From contig JANXSR010000134.1 in the NCBI GenBank assembly GCA_025352625.1, forward strand, positions 4,754 to 68,753: a stretch of 64,000 nucleotides of DNA, given 5' to 3'. Shown here piece by piece: positions 1 to 10,128 of this stretch (its first letter is position 1; every line of letters starts with the position of its first letter). Under the pieces are notes generated by a model that was not told the DNA's origin, searched no databases, and saw nothing but the letters and a program-made list of their open reading frames with translations. Source of the stretch: Ferruginibacter sp. (GTDB lineage Bacteria; Bacteroidota; Bacteroidia; Chitinophagales; Chitinophagaceae). The translations under genes and the position numbers were made by a program.

Positions 1-1
1 T

Positions 2-262
2 ATTTTTCCGGCACTGGGAGAATTTGCAGACGTTGTTTGGGCTCCTATCTCAGGCTACATCTTTTTCAAATTATTTGGTGGCCGCCTTGGCATAATTGGC
101 AGTGTACTTAATTTTCTGGAAGAGATCATTCCCTTTACGGATATCATTCCATCTTTTACCATTGCCTGGTTTATCCGAAAAAAAGCGATGGATAAAATGA
201 TACAGAAAAACGACAAAGCATTACAAAAGATGCAGGCTGGAAAAAGCACAAGTATTATTTAG
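2..262 (+). CDS. 3' end of a gene cut by the window edge; hydrophobic C-terminal fragment of an unidentified membrane protein
   Basis: Frame 2 is open from the window edge to TAG at 260-262 (...GEFADVVWAPISGYIFFKLFGGRLGIIGSVL...). It is absent from the ORF track because it has no start in the window. Preferred over the antisense ORF 55..249. Confidence 0.5.
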   Translation: MFPALGEFADVVWAPISGYIFFKLFGGRLGIIGSVLNFLEEIIPFTDIIPSFTIAWFIRKKAMDKMIQKNDKALQKMQAGKSTSII

Positions 263-320
263 CTGATACCATCGTTACCCCAAACTTTCTTACTAAATTT
301 ATTGTTTACTAAAATCAATT

Positions 321-2357
321 ATGGGCTTTAATCTTCAATCACCATATTCACCCGCCGGCGATCAGCCGGATGCCATCCGTAAATTAACAGAAGGCATTAA
401 TGAAGGGGAGCGGTACCAAACATTACTCGGGGTAACAGGTAGTGGCAAAACATACACCATTGCCAGTGTTATCCAAAATGTGCAGCGGCCGGTTTTGGTA
501 TTAACACACAACAAAACGTTGGTGGCACAATTGTATGGCGAATTCAAACAATTTTTTCCTGACAATGCGGTGGGGTATTTTGTAAGCTATTATGATTATT
601 ACCAGCCGGAGGCATACATGCCCGTTAGCAATACTTATATTGAAAAAGACCTTGCCATCAATGAAGAATTAGACAAGCTCCGCTTGCAGGCAACAGCACA
701 ATTATTAAGTGGCCGGAGAGATATTATTGTGGTGGCAAGTGTGAGTTGTATTTATGGTATGGGTAACCCAACGGAATTTGAAAACGGCATTGTTCGTATT
801 CAAAAAGGACAGGTTATTTCACGCCAGGGATTTTTACATGCATTGGTAAACAGTTTGTACAGCCGGTCGCAGGGAGATTTTACAAGAGGCACTTTCAGAG
901 TGAAAGGTGATACTGTAGATATTAATTTACCCTATGTGGATTTTGGTTACCGCATCACTTTTTTCGGTGATGAAATTGAGACCATTGAAACGCTGGAACT
1001 GACTAGCAGTAAGCGTATCGGCCTGGTGGATAATGCAGCCATCTTTCCTGCCAACTTATACCTGGCTCCAAAAGATATTATGCAGCAGGTAATTTATGAG
1101 ATACAGGATGAAACCGCCGCACAGGTAGAATATTTTAAAAACAGCGGCAAATTTATTGAAGCACAGCGCTTGAACGAAAGGGTGAATTACGACCTTGAAA
1201 TGATAAGGGAACTGGGTTTTTGCAATGGTATAGAAAACTACTCCCGGTTTTTTGACCGGCGTAAACCGGGTACAAGGCCATTCTGTTTGCTGGATTATTT
1301 CCCTAAAGATTTTATCTGTATTGTGGATGAAAGCCACCAGACCATTCCGCAGGTAAGTGGTATGTATGGCGGCGACAGGAGCCGCAAATTAATATTGGTA
1401 GATTATGGTTTTCGGTTGCCCTCTGCTTTAGATAACCGGCCGCTTAATTTTCATGAGTTTGAGAACATGATCAACCAAACCATTTTTGTTTCTGCAACGC
1501 CGGGTGATTTTGAACTGGAGAAAACAGGGGGTGTTGTGGTTGAGCAGGTAGTGCGGCCAACAGGTTTATTGGATCCGCCCATTGAAGTTCGCCCTTCTAT
1601 TAACCAGATAGATGATCTACTGGATGAAATAGATAAAAGAATTACCAAAGGCGACCGGGTACTGGTAACAACACTTACCAAGCGCATGGCAGAAGAAATG
1701 GATAAATACCTGCACCGCATCAACATCAAAAGCAAATACATCCATAGCGAAGTACATACACTGGAAAGAATAGAAATTTTGCGGGAACTGCGTTTAGGCG
1801 TAATAGATGTATTGGTGGGAGTAAATTTATTAAGAGAAGGTTTAGATCTGCCGGAAGTGTCACTGGTTGCTATTTTAGATGCTGACAAGGAAGGCTTCCT
1901 GCGCAACGAACGCAGTCTTACCCAAACAGCAGGCAGGGCTGCCCGTAATGTAGATGGGCTGGTAATTTTTTATGCAGATAAGATGACGGAAAGCATGCAA
2001 AAAACCATCGACGAAACCAGCCGGAGAAGAGAGAAGCAGATTGCCTACAATATTGAACATGGCATAATACCAACCACCATTATAAAAAGTAAAGAACAAA
2101 TTTTTGCACAGGGTTCTGTGCTGGATGTAAAAGGTTACGACCCGTCAAACCCTTATTCTATCGGGGAAGACCAAGATATTGTAACCGTAGCTGCAGAAGA
2201 GCAGGCCATTTATAAAACCATTCCGCAAATGGAAAAAGCAGTGGCTAAAATAAAAAAAGAAATGGAGAAAGCCGCTCGTGACCTAGACTTTATGGAAGCT
2301 GCCAGGTTAAGAGATGAAATGTTTAGGATGCAAAAGGAGTTAGAGGGAATGAAATAA
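321..2357 (+). CDS. uvrB: Excinuclease ABC subunit B (UvrB)
   Basis: 678 aa. Walker A GVTGSGKT, helicase motifs, and a C-terminal UVR motif (DFMEAARLRDEM). Full-length UvrB architecture. Confidence 0.97.
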   Translation: MGFNLQSPYSPAGDQPDAIRKLTEGINEGERYQTLLGVTGSGKTYTIASVIQNVQRPVLVLTHNKTLVAQLYGEFKQFFPDNAVGYFVSYYDYYQPEAYMPVSNTYIEKDLAINEELDKLRLQATAQLLSGRRDIIVVASVSCIYGMGNPTEFENGIVRIQKGQVISRQGFLHALVNSLYSRSQGDFTRGTFRVKGDTVDINLPYVDFGYRITFFGDEIETIETLELTSSKRIGLVDNAAIFPANLYLAPKDIMQQVIYEIQDETAAQVEYFKNSGKFIEAQRLNERVNYDLEMIRELGFCNGIENYSRFFDRRKPGTRPFCLLDYFPKDFICIVDESHQTIPQVSGMYGGDRSRKLILVDYGFRLPSALDNRPLNFHEFENMINQTIFVSATPGDFELEKTGGVVVEQVVRPTGLLDPPIEVRPSINQIDDLLDEIDKRITKGDRVLVTTLTKRMAEEMDKYLHRINIKSKYIHSEVHTLERIEILRELRLGVIDVLVGVNLLREGLDLPEVSLVAILDADKEGFLRNERSLTQTAGRAARNVDGLVIFYADKMTESMQKTIDETSRRREKQIAYNIEHGIIPTTIIKSKEQIFAQGSVLDVKGYDPSNPYSIGEDQDIVTVAAEEQAIYKTIPQMEKAVAKIKKEMEKAARDLDFMEAARLRDEMFRMQKELEGMK

Positions 2358-2536
2358 GCTATATTTATTGAGGTCTGATTTAAAAGTTTTCATTAAGATT
2401 TATCATAAATGACACTGATTTGTAAAATTTGAATTTTATCAAATTTTATGGCAAAAAATCACATGGTAAATAGTAGTCCTCAAAAATAAATTTCATATCT
2501 TTCAAATCCTTCATTCACTCAATAAATTTGTAATGT

Positions 2537-3280
2537 ATGATAACAGTTGCACTCTACAACCTTAAAGGCGGCGTTGGTAAAACAGCTTCCTGTGTAAACT
2601 TTGCTTACCTCGCTGCAAAAGACGGCTACAAAACATTATTGTGGGATATTGACCCTCAGGGTTCCACTACTTTTTATTACAAGGTTAAACCCAAAGATGC
2701 ACAGGGCATCAAAAAACTCATTAGTAAAGATGCCAACCTTGATACTGCAATATTGTCAACAGAATATGAAAATCTGGAGATCATTGCTGCCGATAATTCT
2801 GCCAAAAGCTTTGATATAATGCTGGAAGAAATGAAGGGGCAAAAGAACCGTTTAAAAGGTATTTTAAAGCAACTGGAAAATGAGTATGATTTTGTATTTA
2901 TTGATTGCCCGCCCGGTTTTAGTGCATTGAGCGAAAATATCTTTAATGCATCCGATATTGTTTTAATGCCCATCATACCTACAACTCTGTCTATTCGTAC
3001 TTACAATATGGTAAAAGATTATTTTAAAGAAAAAGCACTGGATAGTGCTAAACTGATGTGCTTTTTTGCAATGGCAGACCTACGTAAAAACATGCACAAC
3101 GAAATAATGGAACAGTTATACAAAGACAAAAAATTCTTTCAGAATTACATTCCTTATTTATCTGAAGTAGAAAAAATGGGCATACATCGCCAGCCCATTG
3201 AAGAGTATGCCCGTAGCAGTTATGCTGCTAAATGTTATCATGAATTGTGGACAGAAATTAAAGAGGGCGTAGTTGAATAA
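2537..3280 (+). CDS. ParA/Soj/MinD-type P-loop ATPase (orphan, no parB nearby)
   Basis: 247 aa. N-terminal deviant Walker A (LKGGVGKT) and DIDPQGS motif typical of ParA-family ATPases. Confidence 0.85.
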   Translation: MITVALYNLKGGVGKTASCVNFAYLAAKDGYKTLLWDIDPQGSTTFYYKVKPKDAQGIKKLISKDANLDTAILSTEYENLEIIAADNSAKSFDIMLEEMKGQKNRLKGILKQLENEYDFVFIDCPPGFSALSENIFNASDIVLMPIIPTTLSIRTYNMVKDYFKEKALDSAKLMCFFAMADLRKNMHNEIMEQLYKDKKFFQNYIPYLSEVEKMGIHRQPIEEYARSSYAAKCYHELWTEIKEGVVE

Positions 3281-3363
3281 TTAATCAATATGCTGAACTT
3301 AAAAGCATTTAATTAAACTTTTGTTGAATACTAATTTAGCTTAACCACCGGTAAAAAAAATAT

Positions 3364-4095
3364 ATGAAAAGAGAACTTACAAGCTGGTTTAGCCCTGCCT
3401 TGCAAAAAGAGATGCCTCTTGCAAAATATGGTGATTATGGATTTGCATTGCTATTAATACCTACTGCTGCTGCTGATTACCTGGAGTATGAACGTTTTCA
3501 ATTAATGGATTATCTGGCGCCCTATATAAACGCTGGAAAAGTAAAAGTATTTTCGGTTAACAGCATCAACAACGAAAGCTGGATGCACCATGATATGCCG
3601 GGAGAACATAAAGCGATTCATCATAACCGATTTAACGAATATATTTTTAATGAGGTTATCCCTTATATAAAAAACGACACTTCGTGGGAAACACCAGTAA
3701 TTGTTTCAGGTGCGTCCTTTGGCGCATTACACAGCATGAATTTATTTTTAAAAAGACCTGACCTTATAGATGGTGTAATTGCCATGAGCGGAGTATATGA
3801 TCTCAGAGAATATTCAAAAGGGTTTTTTGATGACCAGGTTTACCTCAATTCACCTATGCTTTATATGCCTAATCTTACAGATCACAGCATATTAGAACAA
3901 ATACGTAAAAGTCGCCACATTCATATCTTAACGGGTACTGGAGAGTATGAAGACCCTGATGCTGCAAAAGCATTTGCAGGTGTTTTGTACAATAAAGGAA
4001 TCAATTATGAATTAAGTGTTTGGGGCAGCGAATGGAAACACGACTGGCCAACCTGGCGGGCAATGCTGCCGTTGTTTATTGATACAAGATTTTAA
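3364..4095 (+). CDS. Esterase-family alpha/beta hydrolase
   Basis: 243 aa. GxSxG nucleophile elbow (GASFG) and overall resemblance to the 'putative esterase' family. Confidence 0.65.
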   Translation: MKRELTSWFSPALQKEMPLAKYGDYGFALLLIPTAAADYLEYERFQLMDYLAPYINAGKVKVFSVNSINNESWMHHDMPGEHKAIHHNRFNEYIFNEVIPYIKNDTSWETPVIVSGASFGALHSMNLFLKRPDLIDGVIAMSGVYDLREYSKGFFDDQVYLNSPMLYMPNLTDHSILEQIRKSRHIHILTGTGEYEDPDAAKAFAGVLYNKGINYELSVWGSEWKHDWPTWRAMLPLFIDTRF

Positions 4096-4199
4096 TAAAG
4101 TAACAGCAATAAATTAAACTATTACTTTGTAAGGAGGAATAAGGGATATATACGCAGGAATTGTGATCCCTAATTAATATGTTCAAAAAAATTAAAACT

Positions 4200-4223
4200 G
4201 GAACAATAAAATGTTCCTTTTTT
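4200..4223 (+). terminator. Possible Rho-independent terminator downstream of the esterase gene
   Basis: ggaaca (4200-4205) / tgttcc (4212-4217) stem with a 6-nt loop and a run of 6 T. Confidence 0.4.
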
Positions 4224-4535
4224 AGTTACTACTATACCCAAATCCCTATTTATGAAAAATTTCTTAATCCTCACATTTGCTTTATTTAGCTCGGTAGTGC
4301 TGTATTTTATAGATTGGTCAACTTCAAAAAAATTGGTTAAATTCTAGTTTTTAAATTAGGTAGCGTTTTCTCTGTAAAACATACTCTTCTCATTTAATAT
4401 ATACTTTAGCGGTTTGCAATTTGCAGACCATTTATTGTTTTAAGCCTGCGGATTGCTACTGTTGAATGAGTTGGTTGATTAAAACATTCCAATTTCAGTG
4501 TTGATTGGCGAGTAAGATTGTTTTACTTTTACGCC

Positions 4536-7397
4536 ATGTCAAAAAAATTATTTTTACTCGATGCCTACGCCTTGGTTTTCAGAGCATATTATGCCCTCAT
4601 TCGCAGCCCTCGTGTTACCAGTAAAGGTAAAAACACCAATGCCCAGTTTGGTTTTACCAACACTTTAATTGATCTGATTAATAATCAGAAACCAACCCAC
4701 ATGGCTGTGTGTTTTGATACACATGCTCCTACTGAAAGGCATACCGATTTTGCTGATTACAAAGCCAACCGTCAGGAAACCCCTGAAGATATCAGATCTT
4801 CCATTCCTGATATAAAAAGAATTATTGAAGCATTCAACATTCCCGTTATTGCCATTGATGGATACGAAGCAGATGACGTAATTGGCGCCTTGGCAAAACA
4901 GGCAGAAAAAGTAGGGTACGAAGTATTTATGGTAACGCCTGATAAAGACTATGGCCAGTTAGTGAGTGAAAATATAAAAATTTATAAGCCTCCCTACCAG
5001 GGTGGCACCATTGAAATTATGGGGCCGGAAGAAGTATGTAAAAAATGGGATATCGCAAATGTTGACCAGGTAATTGACATCCTGGGTTTAATGGGGGATG
5101 CCGTAGATAACATTCCCGGTATAGCTGGTGTTGGGGAAAAAACTGCGGCCAAACTATTAAAAGAATATCATTCACTGGAAAACATATTAGCAAATGCCGA
5201 TAACATTAAAGGAGCATTGGGTGAAAAAATTCGAACAGGAAAAGAAGCCGCTGTATTGAGTAAAAAATTAGCCACCATTATTATAGATATTCCCACAGCT
5301 GTATTTCATGAAGAAGATTTTCGGCTTAAAGAAATGAATAAAGAATCATTAAAAGATGTATTTACAGAACTCGAATTCAGGGGCTTTATTAAAAGAGTTT
5401 TGGGCGAAGAAATGCAGATAGAACCTGGTGTTCAAATACAGGAATCGGGAGGCAGGAATAAGGAACAGAAAAGCGGGCAAATGGATCTTTTTGGCAGTGT
5501 AACAGAACCTGCAGCTTTACCTGCAGCAGCGCAATCATCCCAGGCAACTGATGAAGAACTCAGCTATTTAGTTGTAGATAAAAATATTCATAATACACCA
5601 CACAATTATACGCTTGTTAATGCTAAAGAACAGATTCAGGAACTAATTGATAAACTAAAAGAGCAGCCTGAAATATGTTTTGATACGGAAACTACTTCCA
5701 TTGATGCCAACAACGCAGAACTTGTGGGGCTTAGTTTTGCATGGCAAACCGGCGAGGCATTTTACATACCTTGTCCGGCACAAAGAGAGGAATGCCTTTC
5801 ATTGCTACAACCATTTTTGGTCCTTTTTAATGATCCAGCAAAAACATGGATTGGTCAAAATATTAAGTATGACCTGTTGGTGATTAAATGGTATGGCATT
5901 GAAATAAAGGGAACTATTTTTGATACCATGCTGGCCCACTATGTTACAGAGCCGGATGGTAAAAGCAGCATGGATGCATTGAGTGCAAAATATTTAGGGT
6001 ATGAGCCAGTGCATATTGAAGAGCTCATTGGCAAGAAAGGAAAAGGGCAGGGAAGTATGAGGGATGTAGAGCCCGAAAAGATAAAAGAATATGCAGCCGA
6101 AGATGCAGATATCACTCTACAATTAAGAAATGTTCTTTTGGAAGAATTAAAAGCAAAGGATGTTGAAAAAGTTTTTTACGAAGTAGAAAACCCCCTCGTA
6201 AAAGTGCTTACCGATATGGAATTTGAAGGCATCCGCATTGATGAAAATTTTTTAAAAGAATATAGCAAGGTCCTTGAAGTGGAAGCTAAAAAAAGTGAGG
6301 ATAGTGTATATGAACAGGCTGGCGTTCGTTTTAACCTTGCTTCTCCAAAACAATTGGGTGAAGTTTTATTTGATAAAATGCAGCTGGATCCGAAAGCAAA
6401 AAAAACAAAAACGGGCCAATATGCAACGGGCGAAGACGTATTGGTAAAATTAGCTGGTCAGCATAAAATATGTGATGATATTTTAACTTTCAGGGAGCTC
6501 ACCAAATTAAAAAATACCTACATTGATTCATTGCCCGAGCTGATCAATAAAAAAACAGGCAGGGTACATACTTCCTATGCGCAGGCAGTAGCAGTAACGG
6601 GCAGACTTAGCAGCACCAACCCCAACCTGCAAAATATTCCGGTAAGAACGGATAGGGGAAAAGAGATTAGAAAAGCGTTTATACCAAGGGATGAAAATCA
6701 TGTATTAATATCAGCCGATTACTCGCAGATTGAATTGCGCATTGTTGCTGCTATTAGCGGCGATGTAAACATGTGTGCTGCTTTTAAAACCGGTAAAGAC
6801 ATTCATACAGCCACCGCTGCTAAAGTGTTTAATGTGGAAGAAATTGCCGTAACAAAAGAAATGCGTTACAAAGCCAAGAGTGTAAACTTTGGAATCATTT
6901 ATGGACAAGGTGCATTTGGACTGGCTGAAAATTTAAAAATTTCAAGAGGAGAAGCAAAAGAAATCATTGACAATTATAAAAAACAGTTTCCCAATATTCA
7001 GCAGTACATGGATAATACCATCAACTTTGCAAAGTCAACAGGATATGTAGAAACGCTTATGGGACGAAAACGTTGGCTAAAAGATATCAACAGCGCCAAC
7101 TTTACCGTACGTGGTTTTGCTGAACGCAATGCCATCAATTCGCCCATACAAGGCAGTGCTGCCGATATGATAAAACTGGCGATGATAAAAATTCACGCAG
7201 CATTTATCACCCATAATTTTAAATCTAAAATGTTATTGCAGGTACATGATGAATTGGTATTTGATGCACATAAAGATGAAGTAGAAATAATTAAACCCAT
7301 TATTTTACATTGCATGCAAACGGCTTTAAAACTTCCAAACGACGTACCAACAGATGCAGAAATTGGTGTGGGAGTTAATTGGTTAGAGGCGCATTAA
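4536..7397 (+). CDS. polA: DNA polymerase I
   Basis: ORF 4518..7397. The 5'-nuclease, 3'-5' exonuclease (FDTETTS) and polymerase (DYSQIELR, QVHDELV) domains are all visible. The track start at 4518 is TTG, so the first ATG at 4536 (MSKKLFLLDAY) was chosen. Confidence 0.97.
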   Translation: MSKKLFLLDAYALVFRAYYALIRSPRVTSKGKNTNAQFGFTNTLIDLINNQKPTHMAVCFDTHAPTERHTDFADYKANRQETPEDIRSSIPDIKRIIEAFNIPVIAIDGYEADDVIGALAKQAEKVGYEVFMVTPDKDYGQLVSENIKIYKPPYQGGTIEIMGPEEVCKKWDIANVDQVIDILGLMGDAVDNIPGIAGVGEKTAAKLLKEYHSLENILANADNIKGALGEKIRTGKEAAVLSKKLATIIIDIPTAVFHEEDFRLKEMNKESLKDVFTELEFRGFIKRVLGEEMQIEPGVQIQESGGRNKEQKSGQMDLFGSVTEPAALPAAAQSSQATDEELSYLVVDKNIHNTPHNYTLVNAKEQIQELIDKLKEQPEICFDTETTSIDANNAELVGLSFAWQTGEAFYIPCPAQREECLSLLQPFLVLFNDPAKTWIGQNIKYDLLVIKWYGIEIKGTIFDTMLAHYVTEPDGKSSMDALSAKYLGYEPVHIEELIGKKGKGQGSMRDVEPEKIKEYAAEDADITLQLRNVLLEELKAKDVEKVFYEVENPLVKVLTDMEFEGIRIDENFLKEYSKVLEVEAKKSEDSVYEQAGVRFNLASPKQLGEVLFDKMQLDPKAKKTKTGQYATGEDVLVKLAGQHKICDDILTFRELTKLKNTYIDSLPELINKKTGRVHTSYAQAVAVTGRLSSTNPNLQNIPVRTDRGKEIRKAFIPRDENHVLISADYSQIELRIVAAISGDVNMCAAFKTGKDIHTATAAKVFNVEEIAVTKEMRYKAKSVNFGIIYGQGAFGLAENLKISRGEAKEIIDNYKKQFPNIQQYMDNTINFAKSTGYVETLMGRKRWLKDINSANFTVRGFAERNAINSPIQGSAADMIKLAMIKIHAAFITHNFKSKMLLQVHDELVFDAHKDEVEIIKPIILHCMQTALKLPNDVPTDAEIGVGVNWLEAH

Positions 7398-7461
7398 AAT
7401 CAAGCAAAATGGGCAATTATCAAATAGATAACTTAGTATACTATTACAACAAAAGAGTACA

Positions 7462-8289
7462 ATGATAATACTAATTCAATGCAAAGATCAGGTTGGCCTC
7501 GTAGGGAGTATTTCAACCGTTTTAGCAAGTCAGGGTATTAATATTGTTTCTATGAGAGAACATGTTGATACTATTGACAATCGTTTTTTTATTCGCATTG
7601 ATGCACAAGGTGTCGACGATTTTTCTATGATAGAGCGTCAACTGAAAGCAGTTCTTCCTGCGGAAGCGGCAATAAAAATTAATCCGAAAGCCGAAAAAAA
7701 GGTAATTGTTTTAGTTACAAAAGACTACCACTGTCTTAGTGATATCCTTATTAGAAATCACTTTAAAACATTTGGGGCTACTGTTCAATGCGTAATTGGC
7801 AATCACAACAAACTCGAAGAAATATGCAGGCGGTTTGATGTACCATTTTATCTTGTCTCGTCAGAAAATAGTGACAAACAAATTTTCGAATCTGCATTAT
7901 TCGCAGTAATCGAAAAATACGAAGCAGATTATCTTGTACTTGCAAAATTTATGCGAATTTTATCTGCTGCTTTTGTAGAAAAATTTGCCTTTCAGATCAT
8001 CAATATTCATCATTCTTTTTTACCTGCCTTTGTAGGAGCCAGTCCGTACAAACAAGCTTATGAAAGAGGCGTGAAATTGATTGGTGCTACGGCTCACTTT
8101 GTAACCAATCAATTGGACGAAGGACCAATAATTGCGCAACAGATCATTCCGGTTACGCATTCATTTACTTCTGCAGATATGGTACGTTCAGGCAAAGAAA
8201 TTGAAACGGCTGTGTTGGCAAAAGCGTTACAACTTGTATTTGAAGACAGGGTATTGCTACATAAAAATAAAACCATTGTTTTTGAATAA
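7462..8289 (+). CDS. purU: Formyltetrahydrofolate deformylase
   Basis: 275 aa. N-terminal ACT-like domain followed by a formyltransferase domain (INIHHSFLPAF, ATAHFV, LDEGPII). Confidence 0.9.
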   Translation: MIILIQCKDQVGLVGSISTVLASQGINIVSMREHVDTIDNRFFIRIDAQGVDDFSMIERQLKAVLPAEAAIKINPKAEKKVIVLVTKDYHCLSDILIRNHFKTFGATVQCVIGNHNKLEEICRRFDVPFYLVSSENSDKQIFESALFAVIEKYEADYLVLAKFMRILSAAFVEKFAFQIINIHHSFLPAFVGASPYKQAYERGVKLIGATAHFVTNQLDEGPIIAQQIIPVTHSFTSADMVRSGKEIETAVLAKALQLVFEDRVLLHKNKTIVFE

Positions 8290-8363
8290 AACGCTGTTCA
8301 TTCACCAAATGAAATATTCAATTTCACAATCTAATTATTAAAAAGACTTAGTAACTTAACAAC

Positions 8364-9032
8364 ATGAATAAACCTACCCTTATATATTGCTACGATGCTT
8401 ATTGCGGCTGGTGTTATGGCTTTAGCCCGGTAATGAAACAAATTGCAACGCAATACAAAAATGACTTTTATTTTGACGTATTGAGTGGAGGGATGATGAT
8501 TGGCGATGGCGTAATGCCCATTGAAAAAATTGGCACTTATATACAGGGCGCTTACAAAAGAGTAGAAGAATTAACTGGTATAAAATTCGGCCAAGATTTT
8601 TTATGGCATATCAACAATCCTGATAAAAGCGATTGGGTTATGAATTCTGAAAAATCTGCGATTGCATTGTGTGTGTTTAAAGATTATTTTCCTGATGAGG
8701 CTATTTTTTTTGCTGCTGATATGCAATATGCACTTAATTACGAGGGAAGGGATTTAGACGATGATGAAGCTTACCGCCATTTACTGGCAAAGTATAAAAT
8801 ACCGGAAACTGAATTTTATACCAAACTAAAAAATGAAGAATATAAGGATAAGGCGCATTATGAATTTGCCTTGTGCAAACATTTACAGGTAACTGGTTTC
8901 CCCCAGGTATTAATTCAACAAAATGATGCTAAGTTTTATTTAATATCAAAAGGATTTAGCGATTACGAAACAATTAACCTGAGAATACAAAATGTATTGA
9001 AGGAGATAGTACCCTCCCCTGAGTGGAAGTAA
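8364..9032 (+). CDS. DsbA-family thioredoxin-fold protein
   Basis: 222 aa. CxxC active site near the N-terminus (YCGWCYG), as in DsbA-like thiol oxidoreductases. Confidence 0.7.
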   Translation: MNKPTLIYCYDAYCGWCYGFSPVMKQIATQYKNDFYFDVLSGGMMIGDGVMPIEKIGTYIQGAYKRVEELTGIKFGQDFLWHINNPDKSDWVMNSEKSAIALCVFKDYFPDEAIFFAADMQYALNYEGRDLDDDEAYRHLLAKYKIPETEFYTKLKNEEYKDKAHYEFALCKHLQVTGFPQVLIQQNDAKFYLISKGFSDYETINLRIQNVLKEIVPSPEWK

Positions 9033-9126
9033 TTTGCAGCGTACATCAATCCACGGTAAAGTTCAATAAATAAGTTCTCTCTTCGCCACAGTCTTCTCCT
9101 TTTCTCCTTTACAGGATAACAGTATG

Positions 9127-9154
9127 ATAAAACCCTGCTCAAAAAGAAGCAGGG
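9127..9154 (-). terminator. Rho-independent terminator after the 128-aa secreted-protein gene
   Basis: Stem ccctgct (9133-9139) / agcaggg (9148-9154) with an 8-nt loop. On the minus strand it is followed by TTTTAT. Confidence 0.6.
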
Positions 9155-9197
9155 CCTTATGCGCTCAATCAAAAAAACCAAAATAACCATTGCTTTA

Positions 9198-9584
9198 CTA
9201 CTGCCTGTTTGGCCTTTGTGGCCGCATAGCTGGTTCAATATCATCTTTCCATTTTTTAAACTGGTCGTCAGTAAAAATGAGTTTTAATTGTTCATCTCTG
9301 TCAATGTTAAGTTTCAGCATTTTAGCTCTCATCGCATCTCTGTCCGGGGTGCCGCCGGAGCTCATCATTGCTTCTCTTTCTTTTTGCATGGTGGTGTAAT
9401 ACCCTGTGAAAATACTATCAGTTTTAGCCTGTTTATCCGGGGTTAATTTAAAATCTATTAGCTTTTCATTTACAGCTTTTACTCTTTCTTCAACTGTCAT
9501 GCGTGGGCCTCCCTGACCTTGTGCCATTATGGATCCAACTGTTACTACCATTGCAACCATAGATAATGCTATTTGTTTTTTCAT
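9198..9584 (-). CDS. Small secreted/periplasmic protein with LTXXQ-like motifs (last gene of the ECF envelope module)
   Basis: 128 aa. Signal peptide (MKKQIALSMVAMVVTVGSIMAQ), a charged helical body and an FTDDQ motif. It has its own copy of the GTCGTCT promoter-like motif. Confidence 0.6.
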   Translation of the reverse strand: MKKQIALSMVAMVVTVGSIMAQGQGGPRMTVEERVKAVNEKLIDFKLTPDKQAKTDSIFTGYYTTMQKEREAMMSSGGTPDRDAMRAKMLKLNIDRDEQLKLIFTDDQFKKWKDDIEPAMRPQRPNRQ

Positions 9585-9613
9585 ATGTGTGATTTTTTAT
9601 TTTAACTGTTATA

Positions 9614-9643
9614 TTAGACGACCTTTTTAAAAGAAACAGCCGC
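9614..9643 (-). promoter_or_regulatory. Candidate ECF-sigma-dependent promoter (copy A)
   Basis: The minus strand reads GCGGCTGTTTCTTTTAAAAAGGTCGTCTAA, ending 29 nt upstream of the ATG at 9584. It matches copy B (13979-14008) at 20 of 30 ungapped positions, including GTCGTCT. A CGTC -10 core is typical of ECF promoters. Confidence 0.45.
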
Positions 9644-9651
9644 AAACCAAA

Positions 9652-10128
9652 TTATTTTTTTCTATCCTCATTTCTTCTGCTTAGCATTTTATAAAATAGC
9701 GAATCAAACTTTGGTTGTTGTTGCGGAGTGCAAAGCATTCTGATATCTTTAAAATGTTTAAACATTACTATTTCTATTTCTTTTTGCTTAGCAGCAAAGA
9801 TAGCAGCAGTATTAATAATTGAGGAATCGGTAAAATTGTTGGTGGTAAGTTGTTTAAACTCATTTTCCTTATCCCTCCTGGCTTCATCAAACATTGCTTT
9901 TATTTTAGTTCGATGCTGCTCATTCAAAGAATCGTATTGGTGTAATTGTTGTTGATTAAATTCAATTTCTTTTTGTAAAAAAGAGGTAATCATTGCCTTT
10001 CTGTCACCACGCATTGGCCTTTTAGCTACCGGCTTATTCAGTATAAAAAAAGATACCAATACCAGGTTGGCAAGTAACAAAATACCAATGATGATAAGGA
10101 GCCTTTTGTTGTTAGGTTGTGTTTTCAT
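9652..10128 (-). CDS. Spy/CpxP-like periplasmic protein (periplasmic heavy-metal-sensor family look)
   Basis: 158 aa. N-terminal membrane anchor/signal, helical Q/K/E-rich body and a CTPQQQ (LTXXQ-like) motif. Its start overlaps the upstream stop by 1 nt (TAATG). Confidence 0.55.
   Translation of the reverse strand: MKTQPNNKRLLIIIGILLLANLVLVSFFILNKPVAKRPMRGDRKAMITSFLQKEIEFNQQQLHQYDSLNEQHRTKIKAMFDEARRDKENEFKQLTTNNFTDSSIINTAAIFAAKQKEIEIVMFKHFKDIRMLCTPQQQPKFDSLFYKMLSRRNEDRKK

Noticed and set aside
55-249. 64-aa minus-strand ORF at the window start
   Set aside because: The plus-strand frame 2 is open across the same region and reads as a plausible membrane-protein C-terminus, so the minus ORF is probably its shadow.
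2523-2530. Exact TAAATTTG -7 box in front of the ParA-like gene
   Set aside because: It ends only 6 nt before the ATG, which would require a leaderless mRNA. It may still be real, but I did not list it as a feature.
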